In this document: positions 13,183 through 26,999 of the stretch, one piece after another
How positions within the stretch are numbered: position 1 is the first letter of the stretch
Layout: each line of letters starts with the position of its first letter
Source of the DNA: the human T2T-CHM13v2.0 reference genome, Homo sapiens
Reading direction: 5' to 3' (one strand)
Length of the DNA stretch: 64,000 nucleotides
NCBI RefSeq assembly: GCF_009914755.1
Contig: NC_060933.1
Translations under genes and position numbers: made by a program
The notes under the pieces: model-generated
Databases searched by the model: none
Seen by the model: only the letters and a program-made list of their open reading frames with translations
Told to the model about the DNA's origin: nothing

Positions 13183-16100
13183 CTTTCTCTCTATCTGATG
13201 GAAAAGATGATCTTCAGCAGCAACATGTTACATGATGCTTGGTGCATTTTAGATTTTTAATTGACCCTGATTTCATCATGCCAACTCTTTTGTCACTCTA
13301 CCCTTGTGGTAGAGAAATGGGCTCATGTAAATGACAGCCCCATCAGATGGAAGAAGACATTTTCTGATACAAAGAAAATTATAATCAGAAAAAGGAAGAA
13401 ATGTTGCAAGATAATTAAAAACAAATAAAGAAAATATAAAATATTGCCTAGAACTAGGTTTTTATTTTATGTATATTATGTAAATATTCTCCTCCATAAC
13501 ACAGTGAATCTACTCCCTTGGAACTAAGATCTGTCTCTTCCATAGAGGGAGAAAACTCACTCCTTATGTAGTTCTGAGTCTAGAAACTCCAGATGATGTT
13601 CATTTTTCTTGGTCAACTGCAGTTCAGCGAATTTGTAGTTGTGTAGTTGTTAGTCATTTTGCCTGATCCAAATTCTGTTATCAGGGAACATCTTCCCTAT
13701 CCATCCCTTGTTCTTTATTGGCATCACGGAAGAAAGATTCTTCCCTGAAGAAAGTTCTGGCTGCACTTTAATCTACCATTTTTATTTAGCATGATTGCAG
13801 GGACACAGGTTTTTGTTTGTTAGGGCTCTCTTTGGAAATATTTTTTAAAACTTGCATATGAGGCAATTTGCATACTTTTATTCCAAGTTCTAGTAACCAA
13901 ACCTAAAGACGCAGTTTAGTTGTGGTCTTTAAATGTAGAGCCTGCCTTAAGGCTTTCTGTTTTGGCAGCACTTCTGAGCAGTCTGCTCATACCTTAGCCT
14001 TCAGTTAAACTGCTTCCATTATTCATTTACCTCAGAAATGAAAGGCTGTAGTTATATGAGACCCAACTAATCTGATTCTACTCCCACACTACATTTTAGG
14101 GATATAAATATTATCTTTGTCAGACATGAAGCAAAGTGTTTAGACAGAGCTTAGGGCATTTGCCTGCACTCTGGCTGTTCTTAGGTTGTAATATTTTATT
14201 CCCATTATTGTCTCCAATTTCTTACCTTTCATGTACTAATATTAATTTGAGGATAGGTAGTTGACTTTTCCAACTGAACAGGGTACATACTTATTTGACT
14301 CTGAATCATTTGGATTGCTGACTCGAAGCAGAAAACTCTTTTTAAACAAAGCTGTATTTTCTTTCATCTTTTACATGAGCAGCTTGAATAAAAGCTTCAC
14401 TTTTTCTAGTGTATCTTATTGAAAAAGGCATAAGAAGCAAATATTACCAATATCCGAGCTTTTTTCTACCAAGTCCCCTGAAGACCTGTCTCAGATAGAC
14501 AAATGGGTAGTAGCCAAAAATACAACAGGCAAAAATTTGTCCAGGAGCTTAACATCCTCAAACCTGAAGGTGGAAAAATGTTCACTCTTTAGTACATTTC
14601 TTTATTATTATTTTTGCTAATGTAGAGTTTGTTAAATGCATGGACTACTTTCATACTTTTTAGAGCTTTTTTCTATTATAATGGCAGAAAACAAATTCAA
14701 AACAGTTTCGGCACAAAGGGAAATGTATTCGCTTCCTGTTTAGCTAGTACCTATGGGAGTGATACTTTTATATTGTATTTTAAATGGTAATACACTATGC
14801 TGTAGGAAAAAAATGATGTATAAATGAGCCAAAAGAATCAAATGATAGAGATCATTTATCACATATGGATCAGGGATTAAAATAGTATAATATAATGATC
14901 AATAATCTAAAGCATTTACTCCTGTCCAGACACTTTTCCTATAGGAAGGTATCTTCACTGGACTACATATACCTCCATAGAAATATAAAGGAAAGTTATT
15001 AGGGAATGAAGCAAACAATTTGATGAGAGAGAGCAGTTATCCATCTATATGGGTAGAAAATGAGTTGTGGATGGAAGGCAAATTGTTGGGCATTATCTGT
15101 GGAGCATAACAATAGTAGATCTGATTGTCATCTTGAAAGCCAAATTATAGAAATCAATGTGGTCAATGAAGAATTTTTGAAGAAATCTACTCATAATTGA
15201 CTTTCAGTTCAATCTCAGCAGAAGCTTTAGCATTATTCTGTTTTTATTTTTGTTTATTTATTTTATTTCATTACATTAAAGAATATAAAAGATCACAGAG
15301 TTGTTAGCATTTCATCTAGCTGAGCACTTTAACAGATGTTTAAATAGATTTAAAGAGGAAACTTTATAGATTTCTGTAAAAAATAATGGCAACCTGTTTT
15401 GTTAGGTTAAAAACCAAACCAGAAACTCACCCATACAAAATAAGACTTGCTTTATGGGCCGAGGCAAGGAGGAGTAATTTTAGACAGTAGTGCCCATAAA
15501 AGTGTTCACAGCCTGCTGTAAGTCTAACAATATTATCTGTATTTTATCTTCTAAGTCACCTTGGGATGAAAGAAAACATACTTTTCATTTCTAGGTAATG
15601 ATAATTTCATTTTGAGAGTAGTATCACTTAAGAAAAAGAAAGCCAGCAATTAAGCTGATTTCAAAATAAACATTTGATAACCATTGTTTTTTAAAAAAAG
15701 TAATGGTTAACTAAATTAAGTTAATCTAACCAGACTGATATATGTTCTGATAGGAAATAAGTGATTTTATATATATATAGTTGATTGCACTTAAATGTGC
15801 TCATTTCTCATGCAACTTACAAAGTTATGCAAATCTAAAAATCATACAGAATCAATGAAAATTTTTACCACCATTTTTCAGAGTTCTGCAATAAAGCAAG
15901 TAATAAAGTCAGAATGTGAAGCAATGACTTCATAGCATTTATGAGAAATAAAGAATATATTGTTATTAAGAACTTTAAAGAAAGATTACTTTAGAGCTTT
16001 AACTTTAGCCGAAAAATGGCCTTATATAAAAGATTCATGACCTTGACTTGATTAATTCAATATGTTTTATTGCCTTATACTTGGTTTAAGTTAGATTAGC

Positions 16101-16592
16101 TGCTATTAAAAAAGTTTCACCTTCAGAGCATCTTCTCTGTTATCTAGAAGTCAATTTAGCATCCATAAGGTCACTTTATCTATAATATCTTCTATTTAAT
16201 CTTCACTGTTACAATTCCAATATCTGGGCAACAAATATCAGTGGTTTCCATCTGTATTTTCAGTGGCTGGTGCTTAACCATAGTAAAAAGAATAATTTTA
16301 TAGTAATTATGAACAGTTTTGAATGATTTTTATTATCTTCTGCTCAATACTCGATCACTGTATTGATTAGCCTTCCTGAAAACCAATAGTTTTATAAAAT
16401 CAACTTCATAAATAATATGGGAAATATTATTATTAAAATAGAAATGCTAAAGTGCCATCTCTTACCAGGAGAATACTATGTGAAGGGAGCTGACCTTTGA
16501 GATACAAATTGGTGGAGGAGGCCTTAAAATGGTGGAGTTTTTATGAGCATTTGTAGTTAAATTATTATCAGCTTAAATTAGACTGTTAGTAT

Positions 16593-17107
16593 CATGATGG
16601 TTAATTTTAGGTGTCAACTTTACTGGATTAAGGGATACCTAAAGAAGTGGTAAATAATCATTTCTGAATGTGGCTGTGAAACACACAGAGGAGACTGGCC
16701 TGTCAGACAGTGAACTGAGGGGATAGATTCACCCTTAATGTGGATGGGTATCACCTAACATCTATGCAGGCTGGGTTCCTAGATAGAACAAAAAGGCAGA
16801 TGAAAAGTGAATTATTTTCTTTTCTCCCTCTGTCCCGGGAGCTAGGACACTCATCTCCTGATCTTGAATATGAGAAATTCAGGCTGTCTGGCCTTTGTAC
16901 TCTTTGACTTACACCAGTGCCCCAAGTTTCTCATGCCTTCAGCCTTGTACTAAGAGTGACACCATTGATTTCCCTGTTTCTGATGCTTTCAGACTTGGAC
17001 TGAGTCACATTACTGGCATCTTTAGGTCTTCAGCTTGCAGAAGGCCTGTCGTGAGACTTCTCAGCCTCAATAATTATGTGAGCCAATTCCCATACTAAAT
17101 TATCTCT

Positions 17108-17157
<50 letters not shown>

Positions 17158-17294
17158 GCCTACCTACCTACCTACCTACCTACCTACCTACCTACCTACC
17201 TACCAACCAACAAATCAACCATCTCTCTATCTGTCTGTCCAATCTGTTTATCTATTATATTGTTCGGTCTCTCTGGAGAACCATGACTAATACA
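16593..17294 (+). mobile_element. MLT2 (MLT2B-like) ERVL solo LTR
   Basis: Begins atgatggttaattttaggtgtcaact and ends ctctggagaaccatgactaataca. Has the microsatellite typical of MLT2 in its 3' part. Confidence 0.85.
17109..17204. repeat. Compound STR (TATC)~12 TGCC (TACC)~11
   Basis: Read directly from the sequence. Confidence 0.95.
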
Positions 17295-17532
17295 GATTCT
17301 AAATGTTTCAGCATATTATTTCATTTAATAATTGCAAGAAATCTATTTGCTTGTTTTTATAGATGAGGAAAGACGACTAGAACACATCTATTTATGTCAA
17401 ACCATCTCAAATTACTGATTACCACCACTTCCATCAGAAAATTGCAATAAAATAATCATTGTAGTATTGAATGCTAGAAATGATGATTTTGCTTCACCTC
17501 AGAATATCAGAGAATTAGACTAGATAAAAAAA

Positions 17533-17612
17533 TTAGCTTGGTGCAAAAGTAATTGCGGTTTTTGCCATTAAAAGTAATGACATAAATTGCAATTACTTTT
17601 GCACCAATCCAG
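17533..17612. mobile_element. MADE1 (Hsmar1-derived 80-bp palindromic MITE)
   Basis: ttagcttggtgcaaaagtaattgcggtttttgcc...gcaattacttttgcaccaatccag followed by TA; long terminal inverted repeats. Confidence 0.93.
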
Positions 17613-17924
17613 TAACTCTCAAGACTAGTTCCTATTACGCTTTTAAACCTTGCTGTAAAACCTCCTTAGAAAAAGATGCCCATGATATAGTCATCTAACT
17701 GAAAGGAGGGGAGAGAAAGAAGTAGGGAGAATAAACACATTAACACTTAATAATTGGTCAGGCCACTCAAGTGTTATAATTATTTTTTTAATTAATAATA
17801 TAGTTTCCATATCAGGATGAGGAGGCATGAAGTCCTGGGAAATCTATACAGCAGGGTGTCTAGGGAAGGTAATTTGGGAGGGATTTGAAGGAGTAGAAGG
17901 AAGATTATTTAAGGAAGTGTTTTA

Positions 17925-18220
17925 GTCAGAAGTTTCTTCTGGTCTCTACTGGGTCCCCTGTGGATTATAGTAAGCTGTGGACTAGGCAAGAGTTGCCTTT
18001 GCTGGTTGGAGTATCATCAGGGGCTAAGCTGCTGTGGCTCTGATTTATGAGATCTTTTCTCCTCAGGTTAGCTTGAACATTTTCACATAGTGGTTCCAAG
18101 ATTCCACAGAGTAAGCAAAAGTGTGCAATAATTCTTGAGGCCTTAGCTTTAAACTGGCACATATCATTACTTCTGATTACCTTAGCCAAGAAAAACCACA
18201 AAGCCATCCAGATTTGAGGC
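17925..18220 (-). mobile_element. MLT1 MaLR LTR fragment
   Basis: cttgaggccttagctttaaactggcaca...ccacaaagccatccagatt motifs typical of reversed MLT1. Confidence 0.6.
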
Positions 18221-18610
18221 AAAAAATCAAAGACAGAAAATTTTTAAGCACAGTAGAGAAAAGAAATTTTTCATGTACAAGAGAACCTCCATACGGCTAT
18301 CAACAGGCTGAAATCTTGTAGGTTAGAAAAGAGTAGGATGATATATTCAAAGTACTGGAGGAAAAAAATCCAGTCAATAATACTTTGCTGGGCAAAGCTG
18401 CCCTTCAGAAACTAAAGAGAGAGAAACACTTTTCCAGACAGATAAAAGCTAAGGGAGTTCATCAACAGTAGATCTTCCTTACAAGAAATGCTTCAGGGAG
18501 TTCTTCAAACTGACACAAAATTATGCTGATTAGTAACAAGGAAACATACAACGGTAGAAAATAACTGGTATGGTAAATATACAGTCAAGTTTGGTAGACT
18601 CTACCTCTAC
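18221..18610 (+). mobile_element. L1M ORF1 3' fragment
   Basis: ggatgatatattcaaagtactg, aagctaagggagttcatc, tacaagaaatgcttcagggagttcttcaa. Confidence 0.75.
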
Positions 18611-19329
18611 ATGGAAGTTGCTGCAGAAAACCTTATGTAATGTAAAATGTTTGGATAAAGAGAGGTGTCTATTTTTTATTACTGAGAAGCAGAAAATTTA
18701 AAAACAGATTCTGGTAAAGAAAGACAGGAGAAGCCTATTCCCAAATCTTTATTATGTAAGTGGTTTAGTAATCTAGAGTTTGGAACCTTTAGGACTTATG
18801 TTTGGTAGCAGCAACTGTGTTCAGAGGAAATTAGGGTGATGGGAAATTTCAAATGATCTGCTCCAGATAATTAATAAAAATATGGAATCAAAATAATCTA
18901 AAATGTAAATAATTCAAATTCCATTGGCTTGTAAGCATATCGATCTCCCCAGCAAATAACAAAGTTTAAAACACTTTTGCAGACTATTACTTGTTATGAG
19001 TTTCATGTATATTAATCAAATTCCCAAATCCAATGTGCGGTATGTTTTAATTGTGTAACTTACACAATCTGAAAAATACAAACGATACTTTACTAGTCAT
19101 TTAAAATCAGGGGGTGCTAAAAAGGCAATGATTCCAAATTTATGTTTAAGAAATTAAAACACAACATATTCAAACAGTCAAGAGCAATATATATACCTTA
19201 TGGTTTTGTGAAACTAGAATCATTCTAGTTATTTGCTTCATTCTTCGTGCAACATACAACAGTGGTAAGAGGAGACTAGAAAGTACTTCTCTAAGAAGAT
19301 ACACAGAGCCCCCTTAACCTTATTAGAAA

Positions 19330-19768
19330 AATTCTTCACATTGTTTGGGTCATCACAGTGAAGTATGAAATGGAGTTCTTTCAGACGAAAACAATCAGAT
19401 GTGATGAAAAGTTTGGGCAACAGCCCCTATGAGATAAAGTAAATGAAACTGTTCTCTTTTGACCTAAACGAAGAAAGAATGATTCGGGATTTACTGAGAG
19501 ACTAGAGTGTATGAAATGGCCCTGCACGATAGATGAGAAGCAGTTTTCCTTTTCTTAGACACAAGAGGAAAAGGGTTCTAATTAGATTATAAATCAGAGA
19601 GACAGTCTATCCTATAACAGTTACAAGATCCTGGAAAGAATTATTTTAAGAATAAGAGTCGAATCTGCTACTCTGAATGAGAAGAGTCAATATTAATGGT
19701 ACTTTGAAGAGCTTGGGCTGAGAGATGGCTTAGTTGACCTCTTCGTGAACACTTTAGCCCTGTGACTT
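19330..19768 (+). mobile_element. CR1/L3 LINE 3' relic
   Basis: cccctatgagataaagtaaatgaaactg...gacctaaacgaagaaagaat resembles the CR1 RT C-terminus; the end tgacctct...agccctgtgact resembles the CR1 3' terminus. Confidence 0.55.
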
Positions 19769-20172
19769 GGTAAAAGGAGGTCTCAGTATAATCTTTCAAA
19801 GAAAAATTCAAAATGGATCACTACAGTTCTGAATGGAAATGGAATCTGTATAAAAGATTCCAAATAAATCACTCCTCATTAACAACTATTTAAGTCGATG
19901 AAAAAAATAAACACTAAAAAAAAATTCCATAATTGTCTACCAAATCACTGAAGTATCAAATGCTAATATCTTACAATAGTTTGAATGCTAACATCTTACA
20001 AAAATGTTAAAAACAAAAGGGCATAAAAGAGCAGGGGCTACCAGCAGTTTCTTGCATTTCGGGAGGTAAAATCTGAACAATAACTTACAAGGATAAAAAT
20101 AAACCAAGAAAATCTGCTAATAATTCATATGGCAGAATATTAGTTCAATATAACTTCTTAAAGTATTCTGTA

Positions 20173-20277
20173 GCAGAAGAATCGATTGAACTCGGGAGGC
20201 AGAGTTTGCAGCGAACCAATATTATGCCATTGCACTCCAGCCTGGGCGACAAGAGCGAAACTCCGTCTCAAAAAAAA
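20173..20277 (+). mobile_element. 5'-truncated Alu right-arm fragment (Sp/Sq-like)
   Basis: gcagaagaatcg...ctgggcgacaagagcgaaactccgtctc plus A tail. Confidence 0.85.
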
Positions 20278-21254
20278 GCTTCCAAAATACAGAAGAAAAT
20301 AATAAAACATAAATCTACCAGTCTAAAGAATAGAGTAATACAGAAAAAAATAATGTATGGTATGATAAGCATAATCATAAAAATAGATAATGAAAATATA
20401 ATTCAAAATACAGAAACAATCATGAACACAATGGAAGAGGAAAAAAAAGACTGAAATAGGTCACAGCCTCTAAAAAACTCAGAGAAAACAATTCCTCAAA
20501 TAAATACATTCTGACTTGCTTTTTCCTATTTCAAAAAAAAAAAAATTCTGAACTTTAAAAAGAAAAACAAGTAAATATAAGAAAACAGTCTTCTAAGGAA
20601 CAAAAATTATTTTAATTTCAGAATTTCCTTTGCAATAACAAACATTAGAAGACCGTAAAGTTCTGTTGTGACAATTTTGAAGAAAAACAACATGTCATGT
20701 ATTTTACTCTCAACTTAAATAAATATATGTGATGTATGATAGTAAACGAAAATACAAGCTTATATATGCAAGGGTCCTAAAAATAGTATATGTGCCAGGA
20801 CAAAATGAAAATATTTAAATATACATGTTAAATAATGAGAGAAATAGGAAAATGAAAATGTTAGGAATAGAGAGTTCATGGTATAAATGTTTGAGAATAA
20901 GTAGAGAAAAACAAAAATATATTTTAATAATTGTAGCTATTCTTATGAATATTAAAACAGATATAAAAATATACTTAAACCCAGTGAAAATATATATGTT
21001 GACCATATGTCAAGCATGCCAAAAGAAGAGTTTGGGGAGCTCCCACTGACAAATTCAAAACAACTTTAACATAAAAATGAATAATACCATAATTTAATTA
21101 TATATAACAAATGAACAAATAGCAATTAAATGGGGGGGGAAGGTAAAAGCACTTTACCAAACAATTGCAACTAAATCATGAGGGAGATAGATGTTTTGAA
21201 ATCAACATTCTAAAAAAAGTGTAATGTAATTTTTTAAAATTTGGGGGGTCCTTT

Positions 21255-21775
21255 TTTAATTTTTAATTTTTAGTTTTTAATGTTGTGGGTACATAGTAGG
21301 TGTGTATATTTATAAGGTACATGAGATGTTTTGATACAAACATGCAATATGAAATAATCACATCATGGAGAATGAGGTATCCATCCCCTCAAGCATTTAT
21401 CATTTTGGAAACAGACAATACAATTACACTCCTTCACCAGCCTCTCACTACCCTTCTCAGCCTCTGGTTACCATCCTTCTACTCTCTATGCTCATGAGTT
21501 TAATTCCTTTGATTTTTAGATTCCACAAATAAGTGAGAACATGAGACATAATAATTGTACATATTTGGGAGGGGCGTTGTGATGTTTTGATGTACTATAT
21601 ACACTGTAATAATCAAATCAGGGTAATTGGCATATCTGCATTTCAAATATCATTTATTTGTGGCAAGAACATTAAAAATCTTCCCTTCTAGTGACTTTGA
21701 AATGTACATTGCATTACTGTTGACTATATCATCCTACTGTGCAATGGCGCACCAGAATTTATTTCTCCTAACTAT
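21255..21775 (-). mobile_element. Two abutting L1MA 3' fragments
   Basis: gggtacatagtaggtg...tccatcccctcaagcattt...taagtgagaacatg, then a second 3' start aattgtacatattt...aatcagggtaattggc. Confidence 0.75.
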
Positions 21776-21779
21776 AACA

Positions 21780-22593
21780 TAGTTCATTTAAAAATGAACA
21801 TAATAATAATTGATTCAGGCAAAGATCATCAATAAATGTTAAAATCATTGGGAGAAAGACTGTTAAAAAGTATAATATTTACACGGTTTCATAGAATTGG
21901 CCCAAAGAATGGTTGTTAATTGCAAAAATAAAAATATTTTTTTTACCATGTAGAAATCTGGGAGGTACCACCTTAACACAGTGATCAAATTTATAACACA
22001 AAAGTAACAGAGTTTGACCTGTATTTTGACTTCATTGTTATCTGGTATGTTGCATAGAGAAGGGAACGATATCACTACGTGTTAATAGTATCTGGAAAGA
22101 AAAAAAATTGACTCAACCTGATCATTAGGAAACAATGTAACAAACTCAAACTGACAGAAATTCTGCACAACTACTGGGTTGCATGCATAAAATATTTCAT
22201 GGCACAAAATACAAAGTTTTGGGGAACTGCATTTTGTTTGTTTCTTTCTTCATTGCTTTAATTTATTAAAGAAGACTGGAGGATCATGACAACTAAATAA
22301 AATGTTTACTGAATCATTGCATCCTGGATGAAAACAAGCAAACCAAAAGCAATAAAGGATAATATGGAAACAAGCAGAATAATTTCAATATGGACTGTCA
22401 TTTAGCTATCAATATTACATTGATGTTAAATTACATCAGTGTTTGCGTTTGTGTGTGTGTGATTTTTTAAGAGAAAAATAATGTACATGATCTGAAGTAT
22501 TTAGAGAAGAAATGCCATATTTTCTGTAAACTGTCATACATACATGCACACACATATAAATGCACATATATATGAGTAAATATAGATAATAGA

Positions 22594-22626
<33 letters not shown>

Positions 22627-22715
22627 AGAGAGAGAGAGAAATGGTGCATCTGGGTATATATAGGTTTTTGTGTTCTTATAATTTTTGTATAGATTTGAAA
22701 TTCTTAAAAAGTTTG
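21780..22715 (+). mobile_element. L1MC-type 3' UTR relic with (GT)n(GA)n
   Basis: aattgattcaggcaaagatcatcaat, ccaccttaacacagtgatcaaa; microsatellite at about 22597-22638. Confidence 0.65.
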
Positions 22716-23309
22716 GAGAGAATTTCTCTATTCTTGAATATTAAAACTATAATCCTATATGCATAAATTTATATGGATATATGCATATAAATAAGTTGGA
22801 AGATATATATCACCACAATACTGGTAGTTATTCCAGGAGAGTCAAAATATCAATATTTTTTATTTTATCATTAATAATTTTCTATGTTTTCCAAACATTT
22901 TATTGTGGACAAATTCACTCTTATTCACTGATAAGAAACAACAGAAATAAAATTTCAAAATAATTTAAAAGCATGTGCTTTTGAATGATTTTCTCCAAAA
23001 GTCATGAAACTTTTCCCATTTATAATGTTAATATCCTCTACTAAGTAATTCATTTCTCATGTTACTTGCCATTGCAAAGATTTATTCATAGCTTTACAGT
23101 TCCTCCCTCATTGTCAGCTGTAAGTACACAGTCCTTCATTTCTCTTAAGGAGATCTGTTCTGTCCTTTCAACATTTACATTGCTCATCTTGGAATACCTT
23201 CTAATGTGTTTACGCATTTCTAGGACACATTTCCAGAAAAAAATAATAGAAAATACTTAACTAAATGCATAAAATCATAAACACCTGAAATGGTGTTAAT
23301 TGTGGTGCT

Positions 23310-23502
23310 TATGAGGACTGTCTTTGGGATCAGACAAGCTTATCTGAATTACATATTAGTCAGTTAGTAACTTTTGTATCTTGCCAGTTTCTTAGCTTCT
23401 CATATACTTTGTCTTGTCATTAATTTCATGGTCCACTAAAAAAAGTAAATGAGAAATTTGATAATGCAAAGGGAATGCAATCTATACTTAATAATTGTTA
23501 AC
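23310..23502 (+). mobile_element. MIR SINE relic
   Basis: ctttgggatcagacaag...agtttcttagcttctc...taataattgttaac. Confidence 0.5.
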
Positions 23503-23866
23503 TTTTTCCCCTTTCTGAAACATGCCCATTATCAATACAGGAGAGCTGGTACTCCTTTCATTTTAAAACATTCAGTATTATTAGAAAAAGAACAAGACTT
23601 ACAATCCTTCTAAGAATTTTAAAGTGTCTCACTAAGCAAGATAGTAAATTATTGGCTTAGTTATTTAATATTCACCATTGAAAATCCAGTGAACAGGGAA
23701 AATCACTAAATAAATATTCATGTTTATTAAAATAAAATGCTTCATTTGCAAAATTCATGTTGTAAGAAACCCTAACTTAGAAACTTTTTCTCAGCAAAAC
23801 CTTTATAAATTTAGAAATTTTTAGAAAACATTTATGTTATTTCATAAGATTTTGAAAAGCATCTTA

Positions 23867-24174
23867 GTATGTATGTATGTATGTATGTATTTAGACCAAG
23901 TCTTGCTCTGTTGCACAGGATGGAGTGCGGTAGTCTGACCTCTGCTCGCTGCAGCCTTGATCTTCTGGGCTCTAACGATCCTCCCACCTCAGCCTCTCAA
24001 GTAGCTGGGACTACAGGCATGCCACCATAGCAGGCTAATTTTGTTTTGTATTTTTTTAGAGATAGGGTGTTACTCTGTTGCCCAGACTGGTCTTGAATTC
24101 CTGGGCTCAAGCAAATCTCCCACCTTGGCCTCCCAAAGTGCTGGGATTACGGGCATGAGCCACCATGCCCGGCC
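23867..24174 (-). mobile_element. AluJ with (TATG)n tail
   Basis: J-type motifs (ctgcagccttga, gatcctcccacctcagcc, ctgggctcaagc). Confidence 0.9.
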
Positions 24175-24842
24175 TTGGAAAGGATCTCTTTAGGATGAAG
24201 AGGACAATTTATACAAAATTTTCTTTGAAAATTTATGTCTTCCTCCCAAACCTCTTAAGCCTTGTAACTTTATCTTTTTGTTTCAATAATTTCTTTCTTT
24301 TACTTCTTCTAGTATATAATTTTGGAAGGTTATATTTTTCTTTAAATTTACTATTGGGAGATTTTCACAAATTAACCCAGAAGATAACTTGTTAAAATAT
24401 TCTCCTAAAATAATATTGCATACTGCCTATTTGCATTATTTTGCTCATTTCTCCTGATACAGATTTTAAATTTGATTCTGTTGCATGATTGTGAATTACA
24501 GAACCGGAATACATATAAAACGAGAGAGATTAATGAAGAAACGGAACCTATGAAATAACTTTTTTTTCCACTTCAAAAATGTACTGGGAATTTGAGAAGT
24601 GATTACTTAGTTTTCTAGTTTGTTTAGAGCACCGAGCTTAGGTTTCAATTGTTCTTTGTCTTGTAACAAAACTCATGTTACTTCTTGCTTCCTAATAGAT
24701 CCTGACTTAAAATTTTAGAGAGAATTTTTGACTGAAATTCTGTTATAGTTTGTTGAAAGTCTCAGTTTTTAGTACTGTGAAAAAATTTGTATTCTGAGCT
24801 TTCATAGTAATGCTTAGTAAAAAATTAAACTGATTTTTTTTT

Positions 24843-25062
24843 CAAAAACATTAGTGGAAAGCTTGTGAAATCCAAATAAATCTGGAGCTTAGCTAATAGA
24901 AATATAGCCATGCTGGTTTCTTAGCTGTCATAAATATCATGATTATGTAAAATGTCAAAATTAGAAGAAACTAGGTAAAAGGGTATACCATAATGCTGTA
25001 CTATCTTTACGATTATTCCGAACAAATAAACTTATTCTAAATAAAAATGTTTATTTAAAAAT
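24843..25062 (+). mobile_element. L1MC/MB 3' end fragment
   Basis: gtgaaatccaaataaa...tgtactatcttt...attctaaataaaaatgtttatttaaaaa. Confidence 0.7.
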
Positions 25063-25763
25063 ATATAGACATATATTTTAATTTCAACATTTATGTCAAA
25101 TACAGGGGTATAAGTACAGGTTTGTTACATTGGAATATTGTGTGATGCTGAGGTTGGGGGTATAGATCCCATCACCCGGATAATCAGGATAGTATGCAAA
25201 AGGCAGTTTTTCAACCTGCTCCCCTATTCCCACTCCATCTTGCAATAGTCCACAGTGTCTATTTTCCCATGTTTATATCCATGTGTGCTCGATGTTTAGC
25301 TTTTACTTATAAGGGAGAACCTGTGGTATTTGGTTTCTTGTTCCTGCATTAATTCCCTTAAGATTGTGTCCACCAACTGCATCCATGTTACCGCAAAGGA
25401 CATGATTTTATTCATTTTTTATGGGTCTGTAGTATTCTATAGTGTATATGTACCGCATTTTCTTTGTCCAATCTGCCATTGATGGGCACCTAAGTTGATT
25501 TTATGTCTTTGCTATGGTAAATAATACAGTAATGCACACATGAGTGCATGTGTCTTTTTAGCAGAATGACTGATTTTCCTTTAGGTACATACCTAGTAAC
25601 AGGATTTCTGGGTCAATAGTATCTCCAGACTTCTTTCTATGGTGACTGGACTAAATTACATTCCAACAAACAGTGTATAACTGTTCTGTGTTCTCCAAAG
25701 CCTTGCCAGCATCTTTTTTCCCCCTTTTGATAATAGCTATTCTGACTGGTGGGAGATGGTATT

Positions 25764-26135
25764 TGTATTAGTCCAATTTTACACTGCTATAAAAAATTGC
25801 CAAGATGGGGTAATTTATAAAGAAAAAAGGTCTAATTGGCTTACATTTTAGCATGGCTGTGGAGGCCTCAGGAAAATTACAATTATGGAGGAGGGCAAAG
25901 AGTAAGTAAGGCACCTTCTTCACAAGACAGCAGGAAGAAGAGCCAAGCAAAGGGGGAAGAGCCCCTTATGAAAACCATCAGATTCCATGAAAACTCACTA
26001 TCATGAGAACAGCATGGGGGAAAACACCCCCATGATTCAATTATCTCCACCTGGTCTTTCCCTTGACATATGGGGATTATGGGGATTACAATTCAAGATG
26101 AGATTTGGATGGGGACACAAAGCCTAACAAAATCA
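25764..26135 (-). mobile_element. THE1 (THE1D-like) MaLR solo LTR
   Basis: tgtattagtcc...acaaagcctaacaaaatca. 5-bp TSD gtatt/gtatc. Confidence 0.9.
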
Positions 26136-26999
26136 GTATCTCATTGTACTTTTCATTGCATTTCTCTGATGATTGGTAATGCTCACCATTTTTCATGTTT
26201 GTTGGTTGTTTGTATATCTTATTTTGAGAAGTGTCTGTTCATGTCATTTGCCCATTTTAATAGGATTATTTATTTTGTCCTTGTTGCTTTAAGTTCCTCA
26301 TAGATTCTTGATATTAAGCCTTGTCTGATGCATAATTTGCAACCATTCTGTAGGTTGTCTGTTTAATCTGTTGAGTTTCTTTTGCTATGCAGAAGGTCTT
26401 TAGTTTAATTATGTTCAATTTGTCTACTTTTTTTGTTGCAATTGCTTTTGGGGACTTAGCCAAAAATTATTTTGTTAAGGTTCATGTCAAGAAGAGTATT
26501 TCCTAGATTGTCTTCTAGAATTTTCATAGTTTAAGGTCTTACATTCAAATGTTTCATTCATTTTGAGTTAATTTTTGCATATGGTAAAAAAGTATGGGTC
26601 CAGCTTCAGTCTTCTGCCTATGGCTAACCAGTTATTCCAGCACCATTTATAGGGAGTGTTTTCACTATTTCTTGTTTTTCTTGACCATGTCGAAGATCAG
26701 ATGATTGTAGGTGTGCAGATTTCTCAGTTTTATATTATTTCCATTGGACTATAAATCTGTTTTTGTACCAGTACCATGCTATTTTGGTTACTGTATTTTT
26801 AAAGTATACTTCAAAATCAGGTAGTATGATGCCTCTTGCCTTGTTCTTTTTTGTTTAGGATTGCTTTAACTATTTGGGTTCTTTGGTAGTTCCATGAATT
26901 TTAGAATAATTGTTTCTAGTTCTGTCAAGAATGGCATTAGTAGTTTGATAGGAATAGCATTGAATGTATGGATTGCTTTAGGTAGTATGGACATTTTTA

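Noticed and set aside
13480-14100. More complex non-repeat-looking block, possibly an exon or ancient LINE
   Set aside because: No ORF or family motif I can identify; needs a Dfam or conservation search.
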